This document shows, one piece after another, positions 9,895-19,372 of a stretch of 64,000 nucleotides of DNA. The number at the start of each line of letters is the position of its first letter. Positions within the stretch are counted from its first letter, which is position 1. Location: IMG/VR virus record IMGVR_UViG_3300044507_000046, positions 571 through 64,570 of that record; one strand, 5' to 3'. The DNA is from a virus. The translations under genes were made by a program, and so were the position numbers. Under the pieces are notes generated by a model. The model made no database searches. It saw only the letters and a program-made list of their open reading frames with translations, and was not told where the DNA came from.

Positions 9895-10419
9895 ATGCCG
9901 TTCGCTTACACGACGGACCCGGCAACCACGCTGAGCACCAGCGCGACGCCCAACACCGAGATTGACTGCCTGTTCCTCAAGCCGGGCGCGGGAGCCCCGC
10001 TCTACGTCACGGGCTTCTCGATCCACGGCAAGAATGCGGCCGCGACCAGCATCACCGGCATCACGATGCGGCTGAAGAAGTACGGCACCACCGCCGCCAC
10101 CACCGGCACCGGCGTCGCGCTGACCAACGCGCTGCTGACCGGCACGATCCAGCCTGCGCATCCGAGCTTCCCGCTCGCGGCTGCGACGGGCGCATACAAC
10201 AGCACCAGCGGTGCCACGATCACGGCGGGCACTGGTGGTCCGGCCACGCAGCTCACCATCGGTTGCGGCGCGACCGGCCCGGGCGCGTGGGCGGCCACGT
10301 CGCAGGATCACCCGAAGGCGCTGTTTGCCGGCGCCAACCAGTCGCTGGACTGGTGGCACAGCACGGCGGGCTCCGTCTCGCTGCCGCTGTCGCTGTCGGT
10401 CGAGCATCTGGAATACTAA
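9895..10419 (+). CDS. Putative abundant structural protein (Thr/Ala/Gly-rich)
   Basis: AGGAG RBS; strongly C/G-ending codons like the capsid gene; followed by a hairpin. Confidence 0.7.
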   Translation: MPFAYTTDPATTLSTSATPNTEIDCLFLKPGAGAPLYVTGFSIHGKNAAATSITGITMRLKKYGTTAATTGTGVALTNALLTGTIQPAHPSFPLAAATGAYNSTSGATITAGTGGPATQLTIGCGATGPGAWAATSQDHPKALFAGANQSLDWWHSTAGSVSLPLSLSVEHLEY

Positions 10420-10426
10420 GCCTCCA

Positions 10427-10457
10427 GCCTCCGGCGGGGATGGTCCCCGCCGGAGGC
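10427..10457 (+). terminator. Perfect 14-bp hairpin, putative terminator or stabiliser
   Basis: GCCTCCGGCGGGGA-TGG-TCCCCGCCGGAGGC just after the stop; no adjacent U-tract. Confidence 0.55.
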
Positions 10458-10493
10458 GCAGGCGTGTCTCTCTTTCACTCGTGGTGATGCCCC

Positions 10494-11054
10494 ATGGCCG
10501 ACGGACTGTTCTACCAAGACACACGTGAGCCGCACATCAGCGCGGACATCGCGGCGGTGACGCTGGCCACCACCGACAAGGCCCTGTATCCTCCCTCCAA
10601 TTCCCCGGTGTTGGGGGGCCAGTATTGGGTGCGGCCTGGCAAGAAACTGCACATCGTGGCCTACGGGCGCATCACGACAGCGGTGACCCCGGGCAACCTG
10701 ACCCTCAGCATCTACTACGGCACCGGGGCGGATGCCAACGGCACCGTATTGGCGGCGTCGGCGGCGATTGCGCTGGTGGCGAGCCAGACCAGCCTGACAT
10801 GGAACTGTGACTTCATGGTGCATTGCCGGTCCATCGGGTCGACCGGCACGCTGTTCGCCATCGGCCAATTCACCTGCAACCCGGCGGTGATTGCCTCGAC
10901 CGCGCAGCCGGTGATGATTCCGGCCTCAGCCCCGGTGGTATCAGGGGCACTGGATCTGACGGCCGCCAACATCATCAGTCTGCAAGCCAAGCGGTCGGGC
11001 TCAACGGCCGAGACCATGCAGATTCATGACATGAAGATTGTCTCAGTCAACTAG
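10494..11054 (+). CDS. Putative structural jelly-roll protein
   Basis: 186 aa beta-rich protein in the accessory cassette. Confidence 0.6.
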   Translation: MADGLFYQDTREPHISADIAAVTLATTDKALYPPSNSPVLGGQYWVRPGKKLHIVAYGRITTAVTPGNLTLSIYYGTGADANGTVLAASAAIALVASQTSLTWNCDFMVHCRSIGSTGTLFAIGQFTCNPAVIASTAQPVMIPASAPVVSGALDLTAANIISLQAKRSGSTAETMQIHDMKIVSVN

Positions 11055-11074
11055 TTGACCTGAGATAACGCGCC

Positions 11075-13279
11075 ATGGCTCGCCCGATCATCTGGCGGCT
11101 CCGCAAGTTCCTCGGAGTCGATGACGATGCCAATGGCGTGCCACCGTTCATGGCCCCCTTGGGGGCCCATTCTCCGCAAACCATTCAGTTTGAGGAGGAG
11201 GGCTTCTGGGGTGGCCTCGGCCAGTTGGCTGGGGTGGCGATGGCGGCGAGTCTGGCGGCATGGCCCAATGCCGCCACCCTCCAACAGCTTCACATTGGGG
11301 AGCGGGATGAAGTCATCATCCCCACCGTCGCGGCCGACCAGAGTGCCGTCACATGGTCCCCGGCGGGATGGAGTTGGCAGCCACTCCTCTTTACCTTCTC
11401 GGATGCGGAAACACTCCCGTTTGCGACCAGCACGCTGGATGATGAGGCGGGGGTCACCCTCCGGCCCCCGCCAGTATGGAGCTGGCGCCCGGCTGCCTTC
11501 GCAGATGATACGGAATCGTGGGTGCCCCCGGCTCCGCTGCCGGTGGATGATGAAGCAGGCATCACCCAGCGAGTAGCGGCATGGACATGGGCCCCCTTCG
11601 CCTTCCAGACAGATGCGGACGGGGACTTCTCCCTCATCACCTCAATTGCCATTGAGGATGAGGCCGGGGTCACCCAGTCCTGCCTCAACTGGACATGGCG
11701 CCCGTCGGCCTTCAGTGATGATAGTGAGCAATTGCCCGGGGCCGCCGGGAGCCTGCCGGTAGATGATGAGGCCGGGGTCACTCAAGCCCTCGCGGCATGG
11801 ACATGGGCCCCATTTGCCTTTGTAGATGACAGTGATGCAGCCTTCCCGTGGGTGCTGACAGGGCAAACGGGCCTGAGTGTCATGCCGGCCGGATGGAGCT
11901 GGACTCCGCTCCTATTCATTTTCTCCGACAGCGAGCTGATCACTACCCCGAGTGCTCCGCTCGGAGTGGATGATGAAAGCGGCCAGACCCAAGCGGTGGT
12001 CCAGTGGGGCTGGACCCCACGGGCTTTTGCTGATGACACTGAAGTGCTGGTACCCCCTGCCCCGCCACTTGGAGTGGATGAAATTGGCGGCATTTGGCAA
12101 TCAACAGTCCAGTGGACATGGGCCCCGTTTGCCTTCAGTGATGCCAGTGGAGAGTTTGTCCCCACCGCACTGGAGGAGGAGTACGCCTTTTACTTCGGCC
12201 CGGCTGAGGGCTGGCGCCAAGAGTGGCATCCGGCCGCCCCGGGGCTGGAGGAGGAGTTTGTCCCGTCCGCCCCGCTGCCGGTGGATGATGAGGCCGGCAT
12301 TACCCAACGGCTGGCCGCATGGACATGGACGCCCTTCACCTTCACGGCCGACGCGGATGGGGACTTCTCCACCTCTACTTCGATTGCGGTGGAGGATGAG
12401 GCCGGCATTACCCAACGGTTGGCCGCATGGACATGGACGCCGCGCCCGTTCTGGGATGACACCGAGACGTGGGTGCCCCCGGCCCCGTTGCCGGTGGATG
12501 ATGAAGCGGGCATCACCCAACGGTTCACTCAATGGACATGGACCCCCTTCGCCTTCCGGGCCGATGCGGACGGGGACTTCTCCACTGTCACCTCGATTGC
12601 GGTGGAGGATGAGGCCGGCATTACCCAACGGCTGGCGTCATGGACATGGACGCCCCGGGCCTTCACGGATGAGGGGGATGTCCTTCCCAACTTCCTGCTG
12701 CTGGATGATTACCAAGGGCTCACCCAGATGGTGGTGGCATGGACGTGGGCCCCGGTTGCCTTCCTTGATGACACAGAATCGTGGGCCCAGCGGCTCGGCC
12801 CGGATGATGAGGCCGGGGTCACCCAAGCCCTTGTGGCATGGACCTGGACCCCTCGGGCCTTCACGGATGATGGGGATGTATTGGTCCCCTTCTTTGCCCC
12901 GGATGATGAGGCCGGGCAAACGCAGCGGGTGGTGGCGTGGACATGGATGCCCCGGGCCTTCACAGATGACACTGAAGCCCGAGTGCCCCCGACCCCGCTC
13001 CCGGTGGATGATGAGACCGGGGTCACTCAGCGGTTCACCCGGTGGACGTGGCGCCCGTTTGCCTTCAGTGATGACATCGACACGTGGGTGCCGTATGGCG
13101 GGCTCACTATCGTCAGCCGTCGCACCCGGGTATGGTTCCCGTACAATGCCACGGCCTTGGGGCTGGCCTCCACCGGCCATACCGTGGCGCTGGCCACTCC
13201 TGTGGTCACCACGGTGACCTTGGCCTCCTCGGGACAAACCCGAGCCATCGTCACGCCCATCTTCACCTCGGCAGGATAA
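11075..13279 (+). CDS. Acidic, Trp-rich tandem-repeat protein (about 16 units of DDEAGxTQxxxxWTWxPxAFxDD)
   Basis: Repeats visible in both protein and DNA; 734 aa open frame. Confidence 0.75.
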   Translation: MARPIIWRLRKFLGVDDDANGVPPFMAPLGAHSPQTIQFEEEGFWGGLGQLAGVAMAASLAAWPNAATLQQLHIGERDEVIIPTVAADQSAVTWSPAGWSWQPLLFTFSDAETLPFATSTLDDEAGVTLRPPPVWSWRPAAFADDTESWVPPAPLPVDDEAGITQRVAAWTWAPFAFQTDADGDFSLITSIAIEDEAGVTQSCLNWTWRPSAFSDDSEQLPGAAGSLPVDDEAGVTQALAAWTWAPFAFVDDSDAAFPWVLTGQTGLSVMPAGWSWTPLLFIFSDSELITTPSAPLGVDDESGQTQAVVQWGWTPRAFADDTEVLVPPAPPLGVDEIGGIWQSTVQWTWAPFAFSDASGEFVPTALEEEYAFYFGPAEGWRQEWHPAAPGLEEEFVPSAPLPVDDEAGITQRLAAWTWTPFTFTADADGDFSTSTSIAVEDEAGITQRLAAWTWTPRPFWDDTETWVPPAPLPVDDEAGITQRFTQWTWTPFAFRADADGDFSTVTSIAVEDEAGITQRLASWTWTPRAFTDEGDVLPNFLLLDDYQGLTQMVVAWTWAPVAFLDDTESWAQRLGPDDEAGVTQALVAWTWTPRAFTDDGDVLVPFFAPDDEAGQTQRVVAWTWMPRAFTDDTEARVPPTPLPVDDETGVTQRFTRWTWRPFAFSDDIDTWVPYGGLTIVSRRTRVWFPYNATALGLASTGHTVALATPVVTTVTLASSGQTRAIVTPIFTSAG
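11430..13090 (+). repeat. Coding tandem repeat of about 99-111 nt with a 213-nt higher-order duplication
   Basis: Recurrent gatgatgaggccgg...acccaa...tggacatgg; units at 12281 and 12494 are near-identical. Confidence 0.9.
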
Positions 13280-13280
13280 C

Positions 13281-13619
13281 ATGAAATTCAAGATGAAGCG
13301 GAATGATCGCAAGCCCTCCATGGGTGCGATTCTTCAACTAGCCGACGGCACCCCGCAAGACCTCACCGGGGCCAGCGTCAAGTTCTTCATGCGCAAGGCC
13401 GGCACCACGGGCACTCCGAAGGTCAATGGGAGTGCGGTGGTGGTGGTGAATGCCGCGACCGGCTCGGTGCGGTATGACTGGGGGGCCACCGACTGCGACA
13501 CGGCCGGGGCCTATGAAGCGGAGTTTGAGGCCACGCTGGCGACCGGCGAGAAAATTACCTTCCCCAATGATAGTGACCAGCCCTACATTGATGTGGCTAT
13601 CACCGGGGACATTGGGTAA
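13281..13619 (+). CDS. BppU-N-like (baseplate upper protein N-terminal) adaptor
   Basis: MKRNDRKP...QDLTGASVKFFM...GSVRYDW...DTAGAYEAEFE...ITFPN pattern. Confidence 0.75.
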   Translation: MKFKMKRNDRKPSMGAILQLADGTPQDLTGASVKFFMRKAGTTGTPKVNGSAVVVVNAATGSVRYDWGATDCDTAGAYEAEFEATLATGEKITFPNDSDQPYIDVAITGDIG

Positions 13620-14050
13620 TGCGAGCCCATAAGCTCTCCCTGCGGGACCTCAAACGATTCACTCGATTGTGCCGGCAAGGGGCCAGCACGCGGATGCTCA
13701 TGGCCATCTTCGACCTGTGTGACAAAAGTGTCCGCAGCTATCGGCGCAAACTCCGGTTGCCCTCCCGGCCAGTTGGCCGTCCGCGCGTGCGCCCGTTGCC
13801 CCTCCTCTTATATCGGTGCCCGGTCTGTGGCGGCCGGAGCCCGCAGCCGGGCCCGCATCCCCAATGCGCCCTTCACCATCCAGATCATCATTGTGATGCG
13901 CAGCCGGTGTACCTTTTTGTGACCGACTTGACCCTGCGCACCAATGTTCGAGCACCCAGCCTGTCAGCCCTTGGCTCCCAGCCCACTCACCGGCCAGTCG
14001 GCCAACCGGAAACTGCCGAAATGCTAGCGCGAAATACCCCTATGCGTTAG
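13619..14050 (+). CDS. Basic HTH-like protein with a Zn ribbon
   Basis: STRMLMAIFDLCDKSVRSYRRKL helix-turn-helix pattern; CPVC; true 3' extent uncertain. Confidence 0.4.
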   Translation: MRAHKLSLRDLKRFTRLCRQGASTRMLMAIFDLCDKSVRSYRRKLRLPSRPVGRPRVRPLPLLLYRCPVCGGRSPQPGPHPQCALHHPDHHCDAQPVYLFVTDLTLRTNVRAPSLSALGSQPTHRPVGQPETAEMLARNTPMR

Positions 14051-14107
14051 CTTCGGATTGTCGGAGTTCCCCCCTAGCACTGGCAGAATGGAAAGGCCGA
14101 TTCCTTC

Positions 14108-15592
14108 GTGGGCAATGTGACGGCTGATGTTGAATTGGAGTTCCCGCGCCCGGCCCTCTCGCAACAGACGGCCGCCTTGGTGCGGAGCTGGAACATGCCG
14201 GCCTTCGCCCTCTTTATGGAACAGGGCACTTGTAAGACAGGTGTGGTGTTGCGCAACGCCGCCATCCTTCATCATCAAGGATTGCTCAATGGGCTGATCA
14301 TTTTGGCCGACAACGGGCTCCATCGCAATTGGGTGGTGGATGAGATGCCGCTCGATTGGCCGGTGAATCTGCCATGGGAAGGATGGGTCTGGGACACGGG
14401 TCGGAGCCACACCAAGACCGGCCAGCATGACTTTGATGCCTTCTGCCAAACCAAGGCCTTTCCGATCCTCGCCATGAACATTGAAGCCCTCATCACGCCC
14501 ACGGGCAAAGCAGCCTTGCGGCAGTTCACCGAAGTCCGCAAGCCCGTGATGACGGCCATTGATGAATCCACCTGTATCGCCAATCCCGGGATTCATCGCA
14601 CCAAGACGGCCATGGCCCTCGGGGCCCGGTCCGCCTATCGGCGCATTTTGACGGGCACCCCGTTTGCGGAAGGCCCGCTCAAGGCCTATGCGCCCTTCCG
14701 CTTTCTGGATACCCGCATCTTGGGGTTCACCTCCTTCACTGCCTTCAAGGCCCAGTATGCGGAGTGGGAGCTGAAGCAATTCCCGGGCCAGCCCCGTCCC
14801 TTCTTGGAGCTGAAGGGCTACAAGAATTTGGAGGAGCTGAAAGCCAAGATTGCCCCCTACAGCTACCGGGTGCTCAAGTCTGAATGCATGGACTTGCCCC
14901 CGAAGCTGTATGAGAAGCGGTACTTTCCGCTCAGCCCGCTCCAGCAGCAACATTACACTCGGCTCAAGCAGCAGTTTGAGATTGAGCTGGCGCAACTCCC
15001 GCTCATCACCGTGGACCATGTGCTGACCCGTCGGATGCGGCTGCAGCAGATTGCCTCGGGATTTGTGGGCGGCCTTGATGCGGAGGGGCAGCGGGTCCTG
15101 CATCGCCTCGGCACCAATGCGCGGCTCGAAGCCTTCCGGGCCGTCATTGAGGCCACTCCACGCCACGTCCAATCCTTGGTGTGGGCCCGCTTCATCTATG
15201 ACATTGATGAAATCTGCCGTCTCTTGGCCAACATGGGGGAAAGCTACACCCGCTATGATGGCTCCACGCCGCAGGACCAGCGGACCCGGGGACGGCAGCT
15301 GTTCCAAGCCGGGGAGTGCCGGTGGTTTGTGGGGAATCCTCGGGCCGGGGGCAAGGGCCTCAATCTCCAAAATGCGAGTCAGGGCATCTTCTACACCAAT
15401 GACTCGCGGCTCGAATACCGGCTGCAGGCGGAAGATCGGCAGCACCGCTCCGGCTCCCAGATCCATTCCAACATCACCTATCTGGATATGGTGGCGCTCG
15501 GGACGGTGGATGAGAAGATTGTCACGGAGTTGCGGGATAAGAAGGACATCAGTGACCTCATGACGGGTGACCGCCCGGGGGAGTGGCTGTGA
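14108..15592 (+). CDS. SNF2-family (SF2) helicase
   Basis: Motif I MEQGTCKT, motif II IDES, motif III LTGTP, GKGLNL, motif VI QAEDRQHRSG. Confidence 0.9.
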   Translation: MGNVTADVELEFPRPALSQQTAALVRSWNMPAFALFMEQGTCKTGVVLRNAAILHHQGLLNGLIILADNGLHRNWVVDEMPLDWPVNLPWEGWVWDTGRSHTKTGQHDFDAFCQTKAFPILAMNIEALITPTGKAALRQFTEVRKPVMTAIDESTCIANPGIHRTKTAMALGARSAYRRILTGTPFAEGPLKAYAPFRFLDTRILGFTSFTAFKAQYAEWELKQFPGQPRPFLELKGYKNLEELKAKIAPYSYRVLKSECMDLPPKLYEKRYFPLSPLQQQHYTRLKQQFEIELAQLPLITVDHVLTRRMRLQQIASGFVGGLDAEGQRVLHRLGTNARLEAFRAVIEATPRHVQSLVWARFIYDIDEICRLLANMGESYTRYDGSTPQDQRTRGRQLFQAGECRWFVGNPRAGGKGLNLQNASQGIFYTNDSRLEYRLQAEDRQHRSGSQIHSNITYLDMVALGTVDEKIVTELRDKKDISDLMTGDRPGEWL

Positions 15593-16029
15593 GCACCGCC
15601 AATGTCTTTGTGGTCCAAGAACCAGCCATCGTGCCCCGACGGACGGGCGGCAGCCGATATGAGATTGATCTCACCCCCGCCAAGGCCTATGGGGAGATGC
15701 GCTTCTTGCTGGAGTGGTCAGAGACGCGCGACATGGATCCTACGGCCATGTTTGATCTGCTCATGCGGCGGTGCGCGGACTACACCGAGGATGATTGGCT
15801 CCTCATGCGGGGCAACCCCACGGCCATGGGGCTGGCCTTCCTCTGCTGTGCCGTCGCGGCCAAGGGCAAGGTCAATCTGCTCTATTGGGAGCGGGAGGCC
15901 CGGCAGTACACTGAGGTCAAGCTCGACCTCCAGCACATGGTCCATGTGGCGCAGGAAGCTGATCCGGAGGCCATTCCGGAAGACGTCAACCCGCTGCCGG
16001 TGGCCCTGCGGCGGCAAGCCCGGAGGTAA
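15589..16029 (+). CDS. Hypothetical protein of the replication module
   Basis: GTGA overlap with the helicase stop; phage-like codon usage. Confidence 0.65.
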   Translation: MSTANVFVVQEPAIVPRRTGGSRYEIDLTPAKAYGEMRFLLEWSETRDMDPTAMFDLLMRRCADYTEDDWLLMRGNPTAMGLAFLCCAVAAKGKVNLLYWEREARQYTEVKLDLQHMVHVAQEADPEAIPEDVNPLPVALRRQARR

Positions 16030-16036
16030 TGACCCC

Positions 16037-16579
16037 ATGAACAGCAGGATAGCACTGGAGACGGTGGCCGCGCTGGCGGCGCAGCAAATCAGGATTGAAG
16101 ATGAAGTGGGGCAGATCGAAGAGGCCCTGAAGCGCAAGAATGAGGAGTTGCGGGTCCTCAGCCAAGAGCGACTGCCCGCCGCCATGGATCTGGCGGAGGT
16201 TCGCAGCTTCACCATGCTCGATGGCAGCAAGATTGAGGTCAAGGAAGACTTGGCCTGCCGGATTGCGGTGGAGAAGCGTGGGGATGCGTATCAGTGGCTC
16301 AGGGACCATGGAGCCGGGAGCATCATCAAGCATTACATCAGCGTGGAGTTTGGCAAGGAGGAAACTGAGGAAGCGCAGCAGTGCTTTACGGCCTTGGTGG
16401 AAACCTATCCGGGCCGAGCCGTGGAAGACAGCCTCAGCGTGCATCCCGGCACCTTGAAGGCCCTGCTCAAAGAATGGCTCCGGGATGGTGTCAACTTCCC
16501 GATGGACCTCTTTGGGGCTATGCCCCTCACCTTTGCCAAGATCAAACGCAGCGGCAGCACTTCCCCTTCACAGTTGTGA
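16037..16579 (+). CDS. Conserved-type phage coiled-coil protein (replication/recombination module)
   Basis: GGAGG RBS; N-terminal coiled coil, AYQWLRDHGAGSIIK and VHPGTLKALLKE motifs. Confidence 0.7.
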   Translation: MNSRIALETVAALAAQQIRIEDEVGQIEEALKRKNEELRVLSQERLPAAMDLAEVRSFTMLDGSKIEVKEDLACRIAVEKRGDAYQWLRDHGAGSIIKHYISVEFGKEETEEAQQCFTALVETYPGRAVEDSLSVHPGTLKALLKEWLRDGVNFPMDLFGAMPLTFAKIKRSGSTSPSQL

Positions 16580-16657
16580 GCCAACTCGGCTCCGAGTCTT
16601 GACGTTGGGGCGGACTCGACAAAAACTAGCTCCGACACTCTTTCAAGGATGGGTATC

Positions 16658-17527
16658 ATGGCTGATCAGAAGAAGCAGCAGCAGGCCCGACAGACGGAGT
16701 TGCCCCTGACGCCGGCAGCCACCGCCGTGGCGGAACTCAGCACCACCCCCAAGGCCGTCACCGCTTATGAGGAGGATGCGGGCGGGGGCTTCGAGGGCAC
16801 CGGAGCGAAAGACTACGCCATCCCGCTGCTGGTGGTGCTCCAGTCCCTCTCTCCGCAGTGCATCGAAGACAACGCAGCCTACCTGCTCGGGGCCAAGTCG
16901 GGCAGCCTCATGAACAGCGTCACTCGGGAGCTGTTCAATGGGAAGGCGGGGGTCAGCGTGATTCCGGTCCACCGGGCCAATGCCTTCGTGGAGTGGGTGC
17001 CCCGGTCGGCCGGGGGCGGGCTCGTGGCCGTCCATCAGCCCGGAGACAAGCTGGTGGCGGAGGCCACCAAGGATTGGAAGGGCTTTGGCAAGATCACGCT
17101 GCCCAACGGCCATGAGCTGGTGGAGACGTTCTCGATGTTCGCGCTGATGGTGCGTGACAGCGGGCAGTATGACCCCATCGTCATCAACTTCTCCTCCTCG
17201 GGTATCAAGGCCTACAAGGGATGGATGACCCGGGCCAAGTCCATTACCTTCACCAATGGGGCGGGGGTGCAGATGCCCTTCCCGCTCTGGGCGCACAAGT
17301 ACCGGCTCACCACCGAAGCGCAGAAGAATGCCAAGGGCAGCTGGCACATGATCGTTGCGCAATTCGATGGCGCCAGCGCGGACGCGGCGCGGATTCCGCA
17401 GGACCACCCGCTCTATCAGGCGGCCAAGGGCTTCCGGGACCTCGCCACCAGCGGCACCGTCAAGGTGGCGATGGAGACGGCGCAGCCGGAGGCGGATGAT
17501 CTGCCGGGCGACCCCGACAAGCTGTAG
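16658..17527 (+). CDS. Putative ssDNA-binding/annealing protein
   Basis: IPLLVVLQSLSPQ, FVEWVPR and KNAKGSW motifs; acidic C-terminal tail; lies before the primase. Confidence 0.55.
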   Translation: MADQKKQQQARQTELPLTPAATAVAELSTTPKAVTAYEEDAGGGFEGTGAKDYAIPLLVVLQSLSPQCIEDNAAYLLGAKSGSLMNSVTRELFNGKAGVSVIPVHRANAFVEWVPRSAGGGLVAVHQPGDKLVAEATKDWKGFGKITLPNGHELVETFSMFALMVRDSGQYDPIVINFSSSGIKAYKGWMTRAKSITFTNGAGVQMPFPLWAHKYRLTTEAQKNAKGSWHMIVAQFDGASADAARIPQDHPLYQAAKGFRDLATSGTVKVAMETAQPEADDLPGDPDKL

Positions 17528-17538
17528 CTCACCCGCAC

Positions 17539-17569
17539 AATCCCCCGGGCCACTCTAGCCCGGGGGATT
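17539..17569 (+). terminator. Putative intrinsic terminator
   Basis: AATCCCCCGGGC-cactcta-GCCCGGGGGATT 12-bp stem after the stop, followed by a pyrimidine-rich tail. Confidence 0.6.
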
Positions 17570-17597
17570 CCCTTCGTTGTCTGCGTGGGAGCGTAGA

Positions 17598-19136
17598 ATG
17601 ACGATTGTTGAATGGGCCGCCCAATTCCATGCCCGCTTTGCGGGGTTGGAACGGGCCCACGGCCACTGGACCGATAGTGGCAAGAAGAAGGTCCGGGCCA
17701 CCGGCAGCAAAAATGCCGGGAGCCACGGCACGGTCCATAGCCCGGCCACCCCGGAGCTATGGGCCCAACATCTCGCCGGCACTTACAGTCTCGGCATCGT
17801 GCCGATCCGCGACGATGCCACCTGCGTCTTCGGCGCCATTGATGTGGATGACTACAAGGCGGACGTGGTCAAAATCCACAAGGAGATTCAGGAGCGGGGC
17901 TTGCCGCTGGTGCCCTGCCGGACCAAATCAGGCGGCATCCATCTCTACTGCTTCACCAGCGAGCCCGTCCCGGCCACGTTGATGCGGGCCAAGCTGATGG
18001 AGTGGGCGGTGGCGCTCGGGTATAGCGGGGTGGAAGTCTTCCCCAAGCAAGCCAAGCTCGCCAATGACAAGGATTACGGCAACTGGATCAACATGCCGTA
18101 CTTCGGCGGCGAGAAGACGGACCGCTATGCCAGCATTGATGGAGTGGCGCTGGATGTGGACACCTTCCTGAAGTATGCCGAGACGCAAGCCCAAACCGAA
18201 ATTTCCCTCACCGCCATTGTCCTCCCGGAAGATGCCAAGCTCGGGGATTTGTTGTATGAGGCCCCGCCTTGCCTGCAATGCTTGGCCAAGAATGGCATCC
18301 CCGACGGCCAGCGCAACAAGGTCATGTTCAACTTGGCGGTCTATTGCAAGAAGCGGTTTGGCGAGAAGTTCAAGGAGAAGATGGATGAGCTGAATGTCGC
18401 CATCATCACCCCGCCCTTGCCGAGTGATGAGATGACGCAACTCGGAGATCATGCCAAGAAGAAGGAATACAACTACACCTGTAAACAAGACCCGCTGATG
18501 CCCGTCTGTTCCCGGCAAATCTGCCTCACCCGGCAATTTGGGGTGGCCACGGATGAGATGGACCCGGGGGTGAACTTCGGGCAACTGGTCAAGGTCTTGG
18601 CCGAGCCGCCCTACTACATCTGGGATGTCAATGGATTCCGGATCCAGCTGCAGACCTCGGAGCTGATGGAGCAGGGGCGCTTCCATCGCAAGTGCTTCGA
18701 GAAGACCGGGAAATGGCCCAACCAGCTCAAGCAGCGAGTCTGGCACGACATCGTCCAATCGGCCTCCGACCTTGCGATTGAGGAGGAGGTGCCGCCCGAC
18801 AGCACGCCCCGGGGCCGGATGTGGGTCTTGTTGGAGCAGTACTGCTCGGCCCGGAATCAAGCCGTGAGTAAGGATCAGCTGCTCATGAACAAGGTCTGGG
18901 AGAATGAAGGGAAGCTCTATTTCTCCGGCCCGGACTTTGTCAAGTATCTGGACCAGCAACGGTTCAAGGTGGAGGAGCAGCTGATTTGGGCATGGCTCAA
19001 GGAAGGCAAAGCCACCCAGCAATTCTTTCGCATCAAGAGTCGCGGGATGCGGACATGGTGTATCCCGGCCTTTGAGAAACAAACCGAGCCCCACGACATT
19101 CCCCGTGTCACTCAGCCTGAGGATACTGCGCTATGA
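17598..19136 (+). CDS. AEP-family primase(-polymerase) with PriCT-like domain
   Basis: GAIDVD, RTKSGGIHLY, VEVFPKQ, GNWINMPYF motifs; PPCL...GQRNKVMF C-terminal region. Confidence 0.8.
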   Translation: MTIVEWAAQFHARFAGLERAHGHWTDSGKKKVRATGSKNAGSHGTVHSPATPELWAQHLAGTYSLGIVPIRDDATCVFGAIDVDDYKADVVKIHKEIQERGLPLVPCRTKSGGIHLYCFTSEPVPATLMRAKLMEWAVALGYSGVEVFPKQAKLANDKDYGNWINMPYFGGEKTDRYASIDGVALDVDTFLKYAETQAQTEISLTAIVLPEDAKLGDLLYEAPPCLQCLAKNGIPDGQRNKVMFNLAVYCKKRFGEKFKEKMDELNVAIITPPLPSDEMTQLGDHAKKKEYNYTCKQDPLMPVCSRQICLTRQFGVATDEMDPGVNFGQLVKVLAEPPYYIWDVNGFRIQLQTSELMEQGRFHRKCFEKTGKWPNQLKQRVWHDIVQSASDLAIEEEVPPDSTPRGRMWVLLEQYCSARNQAVSKDQLLMNKVWENEGKLYFSGPDFVKYLDQQRFKVEEQLIWAWLKEGKATQQFFRIKSRGMRTWCIPAFEKQTEPHDIPRVTQPEDTAL

Positions 19137-19372
19137 GTTCCGAAGCCATCCGCGTGCCCCAGCAGGGAGAGCTGGTGCGCCTCTGGCCCATCACCACCAC
19201 GTATCGCATGGCCCCCATCACCACGGTGCTCAACTATCGGGCCTTTGGCAAGGCCTTTGAAGTGCTGGTGGAGGATGAAGGCAAGCATCCGCGCTTTGTG
19301 ATCTTCCGGGACATTGATCTCATGACGGGGATGGCCAACTGGGAGGAGATTGTGGGGAATCCCGGGCCATGA
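19133..19372 (+). CDS. Hypothetical protein
   Basis: ATGA overlaps on both sides. Confidence 0.6.
   Translation: MSSEAIRVPQQGELVRLWPITTTYRMAPITTVLNYRAFGKAFEVLVEDEGKHPRFVIFRDIDLMTGMANWEEIVGNPGP

Noticed and set aside
11430..13090. Regular repeats resembling a CRISPR array or DGR template/variable pair
   Set aside because: In-frame coding repeats with synonymous variation; no unique spacers, cas genes, reverse transcriptase or adenine-specific variation
11952..13217. 421-aa alternative-frame ORF within the repeat gene
   Set aside because: By-product of the repeat lacking stops in that frame
16599..16627. Possible promoter TTGACG-N17-AAAACT
   Set aside because: Poor -10 element and overlap with a weak inverted repeat; not supportable
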